A stretch of 64,000 nucleotides of DNA. It comes from Bdellovibrionales bacterium (lineage in GTDB: Bacteria > Bdellovibrionota > Bdellovibrionia > Bdellovibrionales > JAGQZY01). The stretch is taken from the NCBI GenBank assembly GCA_964229765.1, contig CAXREJ010000044.1, forward strand, positions 133,426 to 197,425, in the 5' to 3' direction. Below, one piece after another: positions 9,727-20,124 of the stretch (its first letter is position 1; each line of letters starts with the position of its first letter). The position numbers were made by a program, and so were the translations under genes. The notes under the pieces are model-generated. The model worked only from the letters and a program-made list of their open reading frames with translations. It was not told the origin of the DNA and made no database searches.

Positions 9727-11622
9727 TCAAAATTCCGATAGACCAGACTGCCCTTCAGACTTGGAAAGTAGGATGTTGATACACAAATTTTTGTCTTTAT
9801 CAGTACTTACATCAATTTGACCTTTGTGTTCTTTGACTATTTGTAGGGCCAGGGTTAACCCAAGACCAGAGTTGGTTTCAGGGTCTTTAGTCGTAAAAAG
9901 AGGATCAAAAATTTTATCCTCAGTCCCTTGCACTAGGCCTTCGCCGTTATCAATTATTTTTATTTTAATTAAGTCGTTTTCGGTACTGACCCCAACCTTG
10001 ATAAACCCTTGAAAATGGCGGTCTTTCTGCCTTCTAGCGATAAGTGATTCTTGTGAATTTTGTAAAATATTGCGGATGGCATGAGTCAATAGGTTAAATC
10101 TTCCATCAATAAAAATCTCATCAAGGTCATGTTCAAAATCAATATTGATTCCAATCGATCGAGTTTTTAATTCTGTGATTTTTATGGCTTGTTCAATGAC
10201 TTCAATAATATTGATTGAACAAATCTCGGTGTTAAAGGATTTTCGTGCAAATCCTAAAAGGTTTTTTACAATGTTTTTACACTTAACAATTCCTTTTTCA
10301 ATTTCTAAAATATCTTCGTAGAAATCTTCGTCACCGCTAAGGTCCATTTTCATTAACTGTACAAAGTTGAGCATGCCACCAATCGGGTTGTTAAGCTCGT
10401 GGGCTATGCTGCTACTGATAGTTCCGAGTTCAGCCATTTTAGCTGTTTCGATAACTTGTCTTTGTAAGTTGAGTTCGTTGGTTACATTTCTGTACATTTG
10501 AAAATAGACTGTCTGATTCTGTTCATCAATGGTATTACTGTACACATCGTAAACTTCAGGTTCTTTCAATTGTGCAGGATTGCGAATTTGGAAAATTTGT
10601 CCACGATTACAAGATTCGCAATGAGTGGATCTGTTAAAAAGTCTTTCGTAACACTTTTTTCCAATAGCTTGTTGATAATGATCAATATTTACTTTTTTTA
10701 GAAAGTTTGAATTCACTCGTAATATATTGTAGTTTTTGTCGGTTAAACAAATAGGGTCGGAGATAGCGTCAAAAGTCGCTTCCCACTGTTTTTTTAGTTC
10801 TTGGCTTTTGATGTATTGAACCGTTCGTTCAATAGATAAAGAAACCGCTTCAGCCACTTGATTAAGAAATCTTTTTTCTTTTTTATCAAAAGTTTGTTGG
10901 TCGAGTTTAGAAAAGAAAATATGACCAAATTCTTGCGGTCCTACTTTTAAACGTGTTTTGTAAAACTTAATTTTCCCTTTTTTATTATTTAAATTGCTTT
11001 GAGATGTTCGACGTATCTGAACCCAGTCGACGTGGAATTCTTTTTGTAAAATTTGAGCCACACTTTGTTCAATCTCGTGTATGGATGAGGCTTGATAAAT
11101 TTGAACTAATATTTCTTTCAGGATTTTTAAGTGACTTTCGGCTGAAATATTTTTTAATCGTGATTCTTCAAGTTCAACTTGTCGTTCATTGATCTTATTT
11201 TCTAAACTAATAGTGAGCTGTTTGAGTTCAAGATTTTTTTCATTAATCATATCGAGCAGTTGTTTTTCTTGTTGGCTTTCATAGTATTTTTGAAATGCTT
11301 TTTCAAACAATGTCAGGGCTTGGTCTTTTTCAGTGGATTGAAGGATTTCCACGGGGTGGAGTTCATTGAATATTTTCTTAAGATCTCCTTTTGGGAGTCC
11401 TTCATAAAAAACGACCACCTGTGTTTCAGGCTGTTGAATTTTAAGTTGAGTTATTTTTTCAAAGACATAGTCGAAGTTTTTAGCATTGATTTCAATGGCG
11501 ATAACAGAGGGACGAGCCTGGTCTAAGAAGGCCTCAATTCCATTTGTGGAAACCCACTCGATACCAAATTCTTTTAAATTAATCTCAGTATCAGATAAAA
11601 AGGCCGCATTCGCAGAAATCAT
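9727..11622 (-). CDS. Sensor histidine kinase (pseudo-receiver-like N-terminus, coiled coil, PAS, HisKA, HATPase)
   Basis: H-box SSIAHELNNPIGGM, N-box ILQNSQESL, G-boxes IDNGEGL and GLGLTLA. A Cys cluster KCYERLFNRSTHCESCNRG lies in the PAS-like region. Sits directly upstream of the NtrC-type regulator. Confidence 0.85.
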   Translation of the reverse strand: MISANAAFLSDTEINLKEFGIEWVSTNGIEAFLDQARPSVIAIEINAKNFDYVFEKITQLKIQQPETQVVVFYEGLPKGDLKKIFNELHPVEILQSTEKDQALTLFEKAFQKYYESQQEKQLLDMINEKNLELKQLTISLENKINERQVELEESRLKNISAESHLKILKEILVQIYQASSIHEIEQSVAQILQKEFHVDWVQIRRTSQSNLNNKKGKIKFYKTRLKVGPQEFGHIFFSKLDQQTFDKKEKRFLNQVAEAVSLSIERTVQYIKSQELKKQWEATFDAISDPICLTDKNYNILRVNSNFLKKVNIDHYQQAIGKKCYERLFNRSTHCESCNRGQIFQIRNPAQLKEPEVYDVYSNTIDEQNQTVYFQMYRNVTNELNLQRQVIETAKMAELGTISSSIAHELNNPIGGMLNFVQLMKMDLSGDEDFYEDILEIEKGIVKCKNIVKNLLGFARKSFNTEICSINIIEVIEQAIKITELKTRSIGINIDFEHDLDEIFIDGRFNLLTHAIRNILQNSQESLIARRQKDRHFQGFIKVGVSTENDLIKIKIIDNGEGLVQGTEDKIFDPLFTTKDPETNSGLGLTLALQIVKEHKGQIDVSTDKDKNLCINILLSKSEGQSGLSEF

Positions 11623-11753
11623 GAATTTTACTCCCTTTTATAGGCTGTCACAGACACTGTGCTTTTTCAACAACAGCCAGCCCAATCAAGGGCCTTAGTG
11701 TTGCTTTTTTCTGAGTGCGATATTAAGTTGTTTCTCTTTGCAAAGGAGTCAAA

Positions 11754-13124
11754 ATGTCAGCATTATCAGCTATCGTTCTTGCCGCGGGAAAAGGGACACG
11801 AATGAATTCTCCACTACCTAAAGTCCTGCATCCGGTGGCCGGTGACCCAATGATTTCCAGGGTGATTGCAAGAGTACGACAGATGGGGGCTGAGGAAGTT
11901 CGAGTGGTCGTTGGTTATGGCGAAGCTTTATTGAGGCAACTGTTGGAGCCTCAAGGTATTGTTTGCTGTAAGCAGTTGGAGCAAAAGGGCACTGCGGACG
12001 CTGTAAAATCAGCGCAGCCAGATACATTAAGCGATGACATTTTAATTATGAATGGCGACCATCCTCTCGTATCTCCTCGCAAACTAAAAGAAGCCTATGA
12101 TGAGTTTAATGAATCCAAAGCGGATTTAATGGTTGTAACTGCGGAACTGGCAGAGCCAGGCTCCTTCGGGAGAATTGTAAGGCATCAAGGAAGTATTAAA
12201 GCAATTGTGGAAGTTAAAGATGCCTCTGAAGAAACAAAAAAGATTAAAGAGGTCAACACTGGAATTTATCTGGTAAAAAGAGATCTCCTAACACAATACC
12301 TACCAGAAATTCATGCTAATAACCAACAAGGTGAGTATTATATTACAGATTTAGTTTCTCTTTGTATTGAGGCTGGCAAAAAAGTTGTGGCTAAAATGAC
12401 TGATCCCACAGTCGCTTTTGGAGTGAACACACAAAAAGAATTAGCCCTGGCAACAAAAGCTATTTTTAGAGAAAAAGCCTTTCAGCTGATGGAAGAGGGG
12501 GTAATGGTTATTGATCCTGAAAACACTTATGTTGAAGAAAGTGTTAAAGTGGGATCAGGTTCAGTGCTTTACCCGGGTTGTTTTATTAAAGGGAATACAC
12601 AAATTGGTTCTTTTTGTGTGGTTGAACCCAATGCATTTATTCAAGACAGTCTCATTGGACAAAGCGTTCAAGTCAGAGCAGGTTCTTATCTCGAAAAAGC
12701 CAAAGTGGGAGATCAAGTGGTTCTTGGTCCTTATGCGCGTCTACGGCCGCAAACGGAAATTGGCCCTGAGGCAAAAATTGGTAATTTCGTTGAAATGAAA
12801 AAAGTGAAATTTGGAGCTAAGTCTAAAGCCAACCATTTAGCCTACCTTGGAGATGCTGAGATAGGAGAAAACACTAATATTGGCTGTGGTGTGATCACTT
12901 GCAACTATGCTGCGGATAAAAAGAAGTACCAAACCAAGATTGGAAATAATGTCTTTGTTGGTAGTGATTCGCAGATGATTGCTCCGGTCGAAATTGAAGA
13001 TGATGCGATCGTGGCATCTGGTTCTACGATTAATAAGAAAGTGCCTAAAGGGTCATTGGCCATTGGGCGGACAAGACAAGTGAATAAAGAAGGCTACGCA
13101 AGCAAATTTAGAGGTAATGAATAA
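11754..13124 (+). CDS. glmU: Bifunctional UDP-N-acetylglucosamine pyrophosphorylase / GlcN-1-P acetyltransferase
   Basis: LAAGKGTRMNSPLPKVLHPVAG at the N-terminus and left-handed beta-helix hexapeptide repeats in the C-terminal half. 456 aa. Confidence 0.9.
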   Translation: MSALSAIVLAAGKGTRMNSPLPKVLHPVAGDPMISRVIARVRQMGAEEVRVVVGYGEALLRQLLEPQGIVCCKQLEQKGTADAVKSAQPDTLSDDILIMNGDHPLVSPRKLKEAYDEFNESKADLMVVTAELAEPGSFGRIVRHQGSIKAIVEVKDASEETKKIKEVNTGIYLVKRDLLTQYLPEIHANNQQGEYYITDLVSLCIEAGKKVVAKMTDPTVAFGVNTQKELALATKAIFREKAFQLMEEGVMVIDPENTYVEESVKVGSGSVLYPGCFIKGNTQIGSFCVVEPNAFIQDSLIGQSVQVRAGSYLEKAKVGDQVVLGPYARLRPQTEIGPEAKIGNFVEMKKVKFGAKSKANHLAYLGDAEIGENTNIGCGVITCNYAADKKKYQTKIGNNVFVGSDSQMIAPVEIEDDAIVASGSTINKKVPKGSLAIGRTRQVNKEGYASKFRGNE

Positions 13125-14977
13125 TGTGTGGAATCGTCGGTTACTTTGGGCCTCAATCTCCCAAAAAAGTCTTATTAAATGGTTTAAAAAAATTAGAATA
13201 CCGTGGTTATGATAGTGCGGGGATTGCCATACATAATGATTCTGGATTTGCGGTTTATCGAGCGGCTGGGAAGTTATCTCAACTTGAAAACAAAGTTGAA
13301 AATGTTGATTTCTCAGGAAACCTTGGGATAGGCCATACTCGTTGGGCAACCCATGGACTACCTACAGAAAACAATGCCCATCCTCACAAGGTCTCTGGAG
13401 TGAGTCTTGTTCAAAATGGTATCATCGAAAACTATGCGGAATTAAAAAAAGAATTAATCGCAAGTGGCGCTATTTTTACATCGGATACGGATACAGAAGT
13501 TGTAACTCACTTGATTGCAAGAGAGTTGAATCATCAAGATGATTTAGTGACTGCGATTCGCTCGGTTATTCCAAAGTTGCGCGGAGCTTACGCGATTCTT
13601 GTTGTCAGCGAAGATGAACCTGATACGATTGTAGCTTTTAAAGCTGGTCCTCCTTTGATCTTAGGTTTAGCTGAGGGCGAGGTATTTCTCGCCAGTGATG
13701 TTCAGGCCTTTGTTGAACATACCAATCGAGTTGTCTACTTGAATGACTTTGATATCGTAAAAGTTAAAGGCTCAGAGTATGAGATTTCTAACTTGCAAGG
13801 GAAAGTGATTAAACTGCCTGTTGAACAAGTGGATATTCGGGTCACAACATCAGATAAAAAAGGATTTAAGCATTACATGCTTAAAGAAATGTTTGAACAG
13901 CCAAGAGCTGTTGCAAATGCATTAAACCCCTATCTTAACGTTGAAACCAAAGAAGTGGATTTTTCCAAAATTGGTTTAGATGGGGGAGACACAAATCAAG
14001 AAGCGCTTGAAAAACTTCATCAAGCGGAGAGAATTTATATTGTAGCCTGTGGCACCAGTTACTATGCGGGACTTTATGCTAAGTATTTAATTGAGCCACT
14101 GGTGAAAATCCCAGTGGATGTCGATGTGGCCAGCGAGTTTCGCTATAGGGACCCGGTATTAGATAAGAACTCGGTTACACTTTTTATATCACAAAGTGGA
14201 GAGACGGCTGATACATTGGCTGCACTCAGGTTAGCAAAAGAAAATGGCCTTACAACAATGAGTCTTTGTAATACCCGTCGTTCAACAATTGATAGGGAAG
14301 CGGATCTGCATTTTTATATGAACTCTGGGGTTGAAATTGGTGTTGCCAGTACAAAAGCTTTTTTAAGCTCCTTGGCTATTTTGAACACGATGGCCATTTA
14401 TTTGGGTAAAAAAACTAAAACAATTTCACAAGAGGAAGAACGTCATTTTGTAGAATCATTATTAGCCCTTCCGAGTCTGATGGAAGGAGTTTTGTCTTAT
14501 GATTCCTTTTTTGATAAGGCCGCTGATACTTTAAAAGATTATCGTGGATTTTTATATTTAGGCCGTGGACAGAGCTTTCCGATTGCTATGGAGGGGGCTT
14601 TGAAAATGAAGGAATTAGCTTACCTTCATGCTGAGGGTTATGCCGCTGGTGAAATGAAGCACGGCCCCCTTGCTTTAATAGATAATAGAATGGTTATTGT
14701 GGTTATTTGTCCTAAAGATAAATTTTACGAAAAAACCATTAGTAATCTTGAAGAGGCTAAAGCTCGTGGTGGCGTTATTATTAGTATTGGTACAGGACAA
14801 GACGAAGATTTGGAAAACATGAGTGAGCACTACCTATCCATCCCAGAGTGTCATTGGATGGTGTCAGGTTTACTCTCCGTCATTCCAGTTCAGCTTTTGG
14901 CTTATCATGTTGCCGACCGCTTGGGGCATGATGTGGATCAGCCTCGTAATCTTGCCAAGTCAGTCACTGTTGAATAG
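13124..14977 (+). CDS. glmS: Glutamine--fructose-6-phosphate aminotransferase
   Basis: MCGIVGY N-terminal nucleophile, two SIS domains and the C-terminal ...LAKSVTVE. The start overlaps the glmU stop (TAATG). Confidence 0.95.
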   Translation: MCGIVGYFGPQSPKKVLLNGLKKLEYRGYDSAGIAIHNDSGFAVYRAAGKLSQLENKVENVDFSGNLGIGHTRWATHGLPTENNAHPHKVSGVSLVQNGIIENYAELKKELIASGAIFTSDTDTEVVTHLIARELNHQDDLVTAIRSVIPKLRGAYAILVVSEDEPDTIVAFKAGPPLILGLAEGEVFLASDVQAFVEHTNRVVYLNDFDIVKVKGSEYEISNLQGKVIKLPVEQVDIRVTTSDKKGFKHYMLKEMFEQPRAVANALNPYLNVETKEVDFSKIGLDGGDTNQEALEKLHQAERIYIVACGTSYYAGLYAKYLIEPLVKIPVDVDVASEFRYRDPVLDKNSVTLFISQSGETADTLAALRLAKENGLTTMSLCNTRRSTIDREADLHFYMNSGVEIGVASTKAFLSSLAILNTMAIYLGKKTKTISQEEERHFVESLLALPSLMEGVLSYDSFFDKAADTLKDYRGFLYLGRGQSFPIAMEGALKMKELAYLHAEGYAAGEMKHGPLALIDNRMVIVVICPKDKFYEKTISNLEEAKARGGVIISIGTGQDEDLENMSEHYLSIPECHWMVSGLLSVIPVQLLAYHVADRLGHDVDQPRNLAKSVTVE

Positions 14978-15126
14978 AAAATTATTAGTATAATACCCTT
15001 TAGTTAAGCTCTCAATGTCCTTGACTGCGTCGTCGCAGTTCGTACAGCTTCCTCCTTGCGCCTCATTGCGAGCTTAGCTCAACGGCATTAAATAGAATCT
15101 TTAACTTAAGTGTATTTATCTTACGT

Positions 15127-15495
15127 TTATAAGTTGAGCCATGCCCTTGCTTTATCTTCGTCATTTGTGTCGAAGAATTTAATTTCAATGTCGATCAATG
15201 GGTCGAATATTTTGGTTACATATTCAATCCATTTGGTGTCGGCAACTACGGCCGCTTTCCCAATTTTTTTATTAATAGTTCTAAATTCTGTTATGGCAAA
15301 TTTAATATCTTTCCAGAGAGCAAGAGCCTCAATGCCTTTCCAGTGATTAACGATTTCGATCACATTAACATTCTCGACTTTCTTTAAATCTTCTTTGAAT
15401 GAGTTGATGACTTGATCATACTGTTCGGCTGTGATCTTTTCACCAATGTGGAATTCCATTAATTTATTGTCTTGATCAAAATGATAGGTCAGCAT
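15127..15495 (-). CDS. STAS/SpoIIAA-like (DUF3478-type) small protein
   Basis: ATG 15495 is preceded by the SD GGAGGA. The 122-aa protein resembles the SpoIIAA-like STAS fold family (assignment by eye only). Confidence 0.5.
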   Translation of the reverse strand: MLTYHFDQDNKLMEFHIGEKITAEQYDQVINSFKEDLKKVENVNVIEIVNHWKGIEALALWKDIKFAITEFRTINKKIGKAAVVADTKWIEYVTKIFDPLIDIEIKFFDTNDEDKARAWLNL

Positions 15496-15528
15496 GTTTC
15501 CTCCGTAAAAGAAAAACTCTAGCACACC

Positions 15529-16908
15529 CTACAGATTTTTTAAATCATCTGCCATATCAACAATAAAGGGCTGTGATTGGTAGGCTGCTGGATTTTCTTT
15601 AATCCAGTTAGAAAAAAACTGGCGAGCCCTTTGCACAATTAAATCTCTTTTTTCTCTTTTCTTTACTTTTTTATCCAAAGGTGGAAACAGACCTAAGTTA
15701 ATATTTGTTGGTTGAAAGTGATCTTTCTTTTCCCCAGTCAGTGCGCCATAAAGTGCACCAAGAGCTGTTTCTGGCGGAGGAGGTAAGAAAGAAGTCTGCT
15801 TAAGGTGCGCTTCCATAAAAAGTGCAGACAGCAAGCCTATGCAAGTGCTTTCAAAATAACCCTCAACACCGGTAATTTGCCCTGCAAAGAAAAGGTCTTT
15901 ATTCTTAATACTACTCAGGTTTGAGTTGAGTTTTTGGGTTGGATTTATATACATATTTCGATGGATACTACCAAGTTTAAGAAAGTTGGCATTCTCAAGG
16001 CCAGGAATCATTTTAAAGATCCGCTTTTGTTCAAAATATTTAAGTTTCGTTTGAAAACCCACCATGTTGTGAGAGGTACCATGTCGGTTTTCTTTACGAA
16101 GCTGTACGACGGCGTAAGGTTTGTCCTCCCAATGGGGACAAGTAAGCCCTTTGGGAGAAAGAGGGCCAAAACGTAAAGTTTCATCACCTCGACGAATCAT
16201 TTCCTCAATGGGCATACAGCCTTCAAAGTAAGGAGTGTTTTTTTCAAATTCTTTACTCTCAGACTTTTCAGCATCTTTAATGGCATTGATGAATTGGTAA
16301 TATTGTTCTTTTGTCATGGGACAATTGATGTAGTCACCATGGCCTTTGCCGTAACGATCAGCCACCCAAGCGGTCTTCATGTCAACCGTATCACTTTCAA
16401 TGATAGGTGCGATAGCATCGAAAAAATAAAGAAATTCATCTTCAAAATGTTTTAGTAGTGATTGAGATAAATTGTCGCTGGTAAGTGGACCAGTTGCAAT
16501 TATTGCAGGAGTTCTGAGTTCATCAAGAGACTCAATCTGTTTTGGAATGCGTTCGATAAGTGGATGGTTCTCTATTTTTTCAGTAACTCTTTTAGCAAAT
16601 TCAATGCGATCAATTCCTAAAGCCTGTCCAGCTGGCACGCGAGACATTCCAGCACTTTCAAGAATCAGTGATCCTAGTTTTTCTGCTTCCCATTTTAACT
16701 GACCCGAGACGGCATGATGAGCAACGCTTCCAAAGGAATTGGAGCAGACAAGCTCAGCCAAATCACCCGTTTTGTGGGCCGGAGTGTTGATTTGGGGTCT
16801 CATTTCAAAGAGTTTTACTTGAAATCCTCTTTGTGCGAGTTGAAAAGCGGCCTCAGAGCCTGCTAAACCGCCGCCTACAATGGAAATTGTCTCGTATTGT
16901 TGTTTCAT
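15529..16908 (-). CDS. trmFO: Methylenetetrahydrofolate--tRNA-(uracil54-C5)-methyltransferase
   Basis: FAD-binding ISIVGGGLAGSEAAFQLAQRG and CSNSFGS. Length (459 aa) and overall pattern are typical of TrmFO/Gid. Confidence 0.9.
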   Translation of the reverse strand: MKQQYETISIVGGGLAGSEAAFQLAQRGFQVKLFEMRPQINTPAHKTGDLAELVCSNSFGSVAHHAVSGQLKWEAEKLGSLILESAGMSRVPAGQALGIDRIEFAKRVTEKIENHPLIERIPKQIESLDELRTPAIIATGPLTSDNLSQSLLKHFEDEFLYFFDAIAPIIESDTVDMKTAWVADRYGKGHGDYINCPMTKEQYYQFINAIKDAEKSESKEFEKNTPYFEGCMPIEEMIRRGDETLRFGPLSPKGLTCPHWEDKPYAVVQLRKENRHGTSHNMVGFQTKLKYFEQKRIFKMIPGLENANFLKLGSIHRNMYINPTQKLNSNLSSIKNKDLFFAGQITGVEGYFESTCIGLLSALFMEAHLKQTSFLPPPPETALGALYGALTGEKKDHFQPTNINLGLFPPLDKKVKKREKRDLIVQRARQFFSNWIKENPAAYQSQPFIVDMADDLKNL

Positions 16909-16922
16909 GTTATAGCTACCTC

Positions 16923-17237
16923 ATGTCAGATGACGAGAGAAATAAAAAACTAGATTCTGCTGCACAAGTCCTACAAGGACTCTTTCAAAATAGCAAGTCA
17001 CCGCTTTCGGAAGGCTTTCAACGCTATCGCTTGGAAAGAGAATGGCCTCAAGTGATAGGGGGGAGTGTGGGGCAGTTAACTCGTCCTCTGGACTATCAAG
17101 ACGGTGTTCTCGTTATTGCCGTTCGCAATGCGAGTTTGCTAACAGAACTGCAATTTTTTCAACAAGAGATTATGACTAAGGTTAATACTCATGTTGGTCG
17201 AGTCTGGGTCAAAAAAGTCCGATTTGTTTCTGAATAA
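16923..17237 (+). CDS. DUF721 (DciA-like) protein
   Basis: The block YRLEREWPQVIGGSVGQLTRPLDYQDGVLVIAVRNASLLTELQF matches the DUF721 pattern. Sits divergent to trmFO, 14 nt away. Confidence 0.6.
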   Translation: MSDDERNKKLDSAAQVLQGLFQNSKSPLSEGFQRYRLEREWPQVIGGSVGQLTRPLDYQDGVLVIAVRNASLLTELQFFQQEIMTKVNTHVGRVWVKKVRFVSE

Positions 17238-17311
17238 CGTCAAAGCTCTGACTCTTCTGCCATATTTTCTTGGTCCTGAATTGACTGAAATGGAATGTGA
17301 TCGAGCCTAGT

Positions 17312-17327
17312 TGGCACTTTCTGTGCT
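17312..17327 (+). promoter_or_regulatory. Sigma-54 (-24/-12) type promoter upstream of the flagellar operon
   Basis: TGGCACtttctGTGCT has GG and GC at the canonical 10-nt offset (consensus TGGCAC-N5-TTGCW). It lies about 40 nt upstream of ATG 17368. Confidence 0.6.
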
Positions 17328-17367
17328 TTATATAGATGTGGGTAACCCGTACTAAAGCGCAGGAACT

Positions 17368-20124
17368 ATGAAAGTAATATTTTATAAAATTGTGATCTCA
17401 ATCCATCTGATTGCAAGTTTGTGTGTACAAACAGCAATGGCGCAGGAGCTACCTAAAAGTCCTGTTCAAATGAAGATTGAGCGTGTGGGTGGTATGACCC
17501 ATATCGAGTTTATGGGCCAAAATGAATGGCAGTATGACCTTAAGCAAAGCGGTTCTCTTCTAGAACTCACTATGCCTCTTGTCGATGAAGTCAGTTTGGA
17601 GAAAGTTAAAGAATTTCAAAGTCTTTTAGTTGAACGTATCGAAGTGGAGAATCTATCGGCGAATAAAACTCAGTTTAAAATTTACTTAAATGACGATCGT
17701 ATTGAAAACTTCGATTATCTCACGCAAAAGCCCAATAATCTGGTGATTGACCTTTTTGTAAATTCTGAACAGGTCTTAGCTGATATTAGAGATAGAAAAG
17801 AAAAAGAACTTGTAGCTCAAAGAAAAAAGGAGCAGGAAGCTTTAGCTAAAATTAATAAAACAAAGGGCAATCGAACTCCAGCTTTTGCCGAATATGTGAC
17901 CGTTGACAAAGAGAAGGTGGAGCCCAGAAAAATTAATAATAGAAGTACTGAACTTCCCTTGGCTCCAGAAGGTCCTATTGAAGATCTGTTTGATTTTGGC
18001 GGTATAGTGAGTAGTGGCTTTAGTGATGATGACCTTGAAGCTAAAGTTATTGAAGCAAAAGGAAACATATATCTTCGTTATCCTCTCTTAAAACTAGAAA
18101 ATACTCATTTAAGAGAACTTCAAAGTTTTCATCCTGACTATGAAATTAGAAGTTCGTTTTCAGATGAGAATAAGCAAGCTCGGAACCTGTTGAAGTTGTT
18201 TAATCAAAAAAGTTTTGCATCCTTTTTAAAGGCTAAAAAGATTTATAAAAAAACTTTCCCGCAATCAATTTATGATGAAATTCTTTACTATGTAGAGGCC
18301 GATACTTGGGTTGAGTTGTGGAAAATCAATCAAAGACCTGAGTTCTTAAAAAAAGCTATGGATATCTATAAAATGCTGATTGAGCGATATCCAGATTCAA
18401 AAATAGCAGAAAGAACATTAATTTATTCAGGTTTATTAGCTCATAATGTGGGTGAATTTTTTGTGGCAACAAAAATGTTGCGACGATACTTAAAAACCTA
18501 CCCACATTCGCCATTTAATAATCATATAAAAATATATCTTGCTGATTCTTTGGCTCACCTTAATAATTTTGATGGTGCACGCAATGTTCTTAACGATGTG
18601 ATTGCTGCGGGTGAAAGGGATACTGCTGCTGAAGCATCTTATCGTTTGGGTGATATTGAGTTTTTAAAGCAAAGGTTTCGTCGTGCTGAGAGAGCTTATG
18701 ATGATGCTGTAAAAAAATATCCCAACTATGTGAGCCGTTTTCCAAATGCGGTATTTAATAAAGCGGAAGCTCAATTCAATTTGGCGGAGTATCCTAAAAG
18801 TTTAGAAACATACAAAGAATTCTTCCAAAAATATCCTCAACATTCCTATAGTGCATTTGCTCTAACAAGAATAGGTGAACTCGTTGATCTATTAAAAGAG
18901 GATAAGCGTAAAGCCCAAGGGTTCTACAATGAAAGTTTCTTTCGTTTTCGTAACTCAGTCGGAGGAACGATTGCGAGAATTAGAAGCTTAAGCCAACGTT
19001 TTAAAGACATGAAAGAAAAAGAACTGGAAGCTTCTGTAGCTGAGATTAAAAAGAGAGAAAAGGCTATTGATCTTCATCAAGTCGATGAGTTTTCTGCTTT
19101 TATGATATCTGATGGCTATTATACAAGAGGTGAGTATCTAAATGCTGCGAACACGCTTATCAATTATTTTCAAGTGAATCCAAAGCCAGTCAATATTAAG
19201 AAATTTGAGAAAAGAATTTCAAGGGCAATAGCGGGAGAGGTGCGAGAGCTTCTTAATACTGGTGACACTGTTAAAGCCCTTCATATTATTGAGAGCCATC
19301 AAAAAAGTTGGTTGAGTAAGTCTCGTCGTGTGGATGTACAGCTTTTCCGAGGGATGGCTTACGAGAAAATGGATTTATTTGATGAAGCGCTTGATTCTTA
19401 TCAGAGAATTGAGCAACGAATGAAAGACATAGCGGGAACAAAAGAAGAAAGAGAACGGAAAGTTTTTGAATATTATCCGACTTTTGATCAAATTAACCTA
19501 CGACAAGCTGTCGTTCAGTACCAAATGGGTGATAAAAATAAATCTTTGGCTTTTCTAAATAAAGTTAAAAAAATTAATGAACTTGATCCTGACTCTAAAG
19601 TAGATTTTCATTTTACACTCTCCCAAATTGCTTTTGATAATAAAAAGTACAAAGAATCTTTGCAGACGGCCAATTTGGTAAATAAGTCAGCGATTATTGA
19701 TGCGGACAAAAGACAAAAGTTTAATATATTTCTTTCTAAGGTTTATGAGAAAAATCAACAATTTGATAAAGCTATTTCTATCTTAGAGGAATTTCATAAA
19801 AAATTTAAAGGCGAACAAGATCAAGTTTACGTTCTTTCAAGACTCTTTCAGCTTTATCGCAGTAAAGGTTTGAAAGAAAAGGCAATAAAAACGGGTGAAG
19901 AACTAATAGCCAGTTATGGCAACTCTAATAACTTAGATAAAGAGCGTTATTATTTAGGAGAACTTTACTTCAATAATAACAATGAAAAAAAAGCTCAGCG
20001 AACCTGGAAAGGACTAACAAAGAAATCCATGTGGGAAGAGCTCGCAAATAATAAAATGGTTAGTGGTAACTGGAAAAAACAAACTGAAGAAAAAATGAAT
20101 AGAATTCCAGCAATGGCGAAATGA
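17368..20124 (+). CDS. Secreted AMIN-domain / TPR-repeat protein
   Basis: Signal peptide ...LCVQTAMA/QE. An N-terminal ~100-aa AMIN-like block runs from VQMKIERVGGMTHIEF to NNLVIDLF, followed by many TPR-like helices (918 aa). Confidence 0.65.
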   Translation: MKVIFYKIVISIHLIASLCVQTAMAQELPKSPVQMKIERVGGMTHIEFMGQNEWQYDLKQSGSLLELTMPLVDEVSLEKVKEFQSLLVERIEVENLSANKTQFKIYLNDDRIENFDYLTQKPNNLVIDLFVNSEQVLADIRDRKEKELVAQRKKEQEALAKINKTKGNRTPAFAEYVTVDKEKVEPRKINNRSTELPLAPEGPIEDLFDFGGIVSSGFSDDDLEAKVIEAKGNIYLRYPLLKLENTHLRELQSFHPDYEIRSSFSDENKQARNLLKLFNQKSFASFLKAKKIYKKTFPQSIYDEILYYVEADTWVELWKINQRPEFLKKAMDIYKMLIERYPDSKIAERTLIYSGLLAHNVGEFFVATKMLRRYLKTYPHSPFNNHIKIYLADSLAHLNNFDGARNVLNDVIAAGERDTAAEASYRLGDIEFLKQRFRRAERAYDDAVKKYPNYVSRFPNAVFNKAEAQFNLAEYPKSLETYKEFFQKYPQHSYSAFALTRIGELVDLLKEDKRKAQGFYNESFFRFRNSVGGTIARIRSLSQRFKDMKEKELEASVAEIKKREKAIDLHQVDEFSAFMISDGYYTRGEYLNAANTLINYFQVNPKPVNIKKFEKRISRAIAGEVRELLNTGDTVKALHIIESHQKSWLSKSRRVDVQLFRGMAYEKMDLFDEALDSYQRIEQRMKDIAGTKEERERKVFEYYPTFDQINLRQAVVQYQMGDKNKSLAFLNKVKKINELDPDSKVDFHFTLSQIAFDNKKYKESLQTANLVNKSAIIDADKRQKFNIFLSKVYEKNQQFDKAISILEEFHKKFKGEQDQVYVLSRLFQLYRSKGLKEKAIKTGEELIASYGNSNNLDKERYYLGELYFNNNNEKKAQRTWKGLTKKSMWEELANNKMVSGNWKKQTEEKMNRIPAMAK

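Noticed and set aside
13100-13130. glmS ribozyme upstream of glmS
   Set aside because: glmS starts with a 1-nt overlap to the glmU stop (TAATG), which leaves no room for a leader ribozyme.
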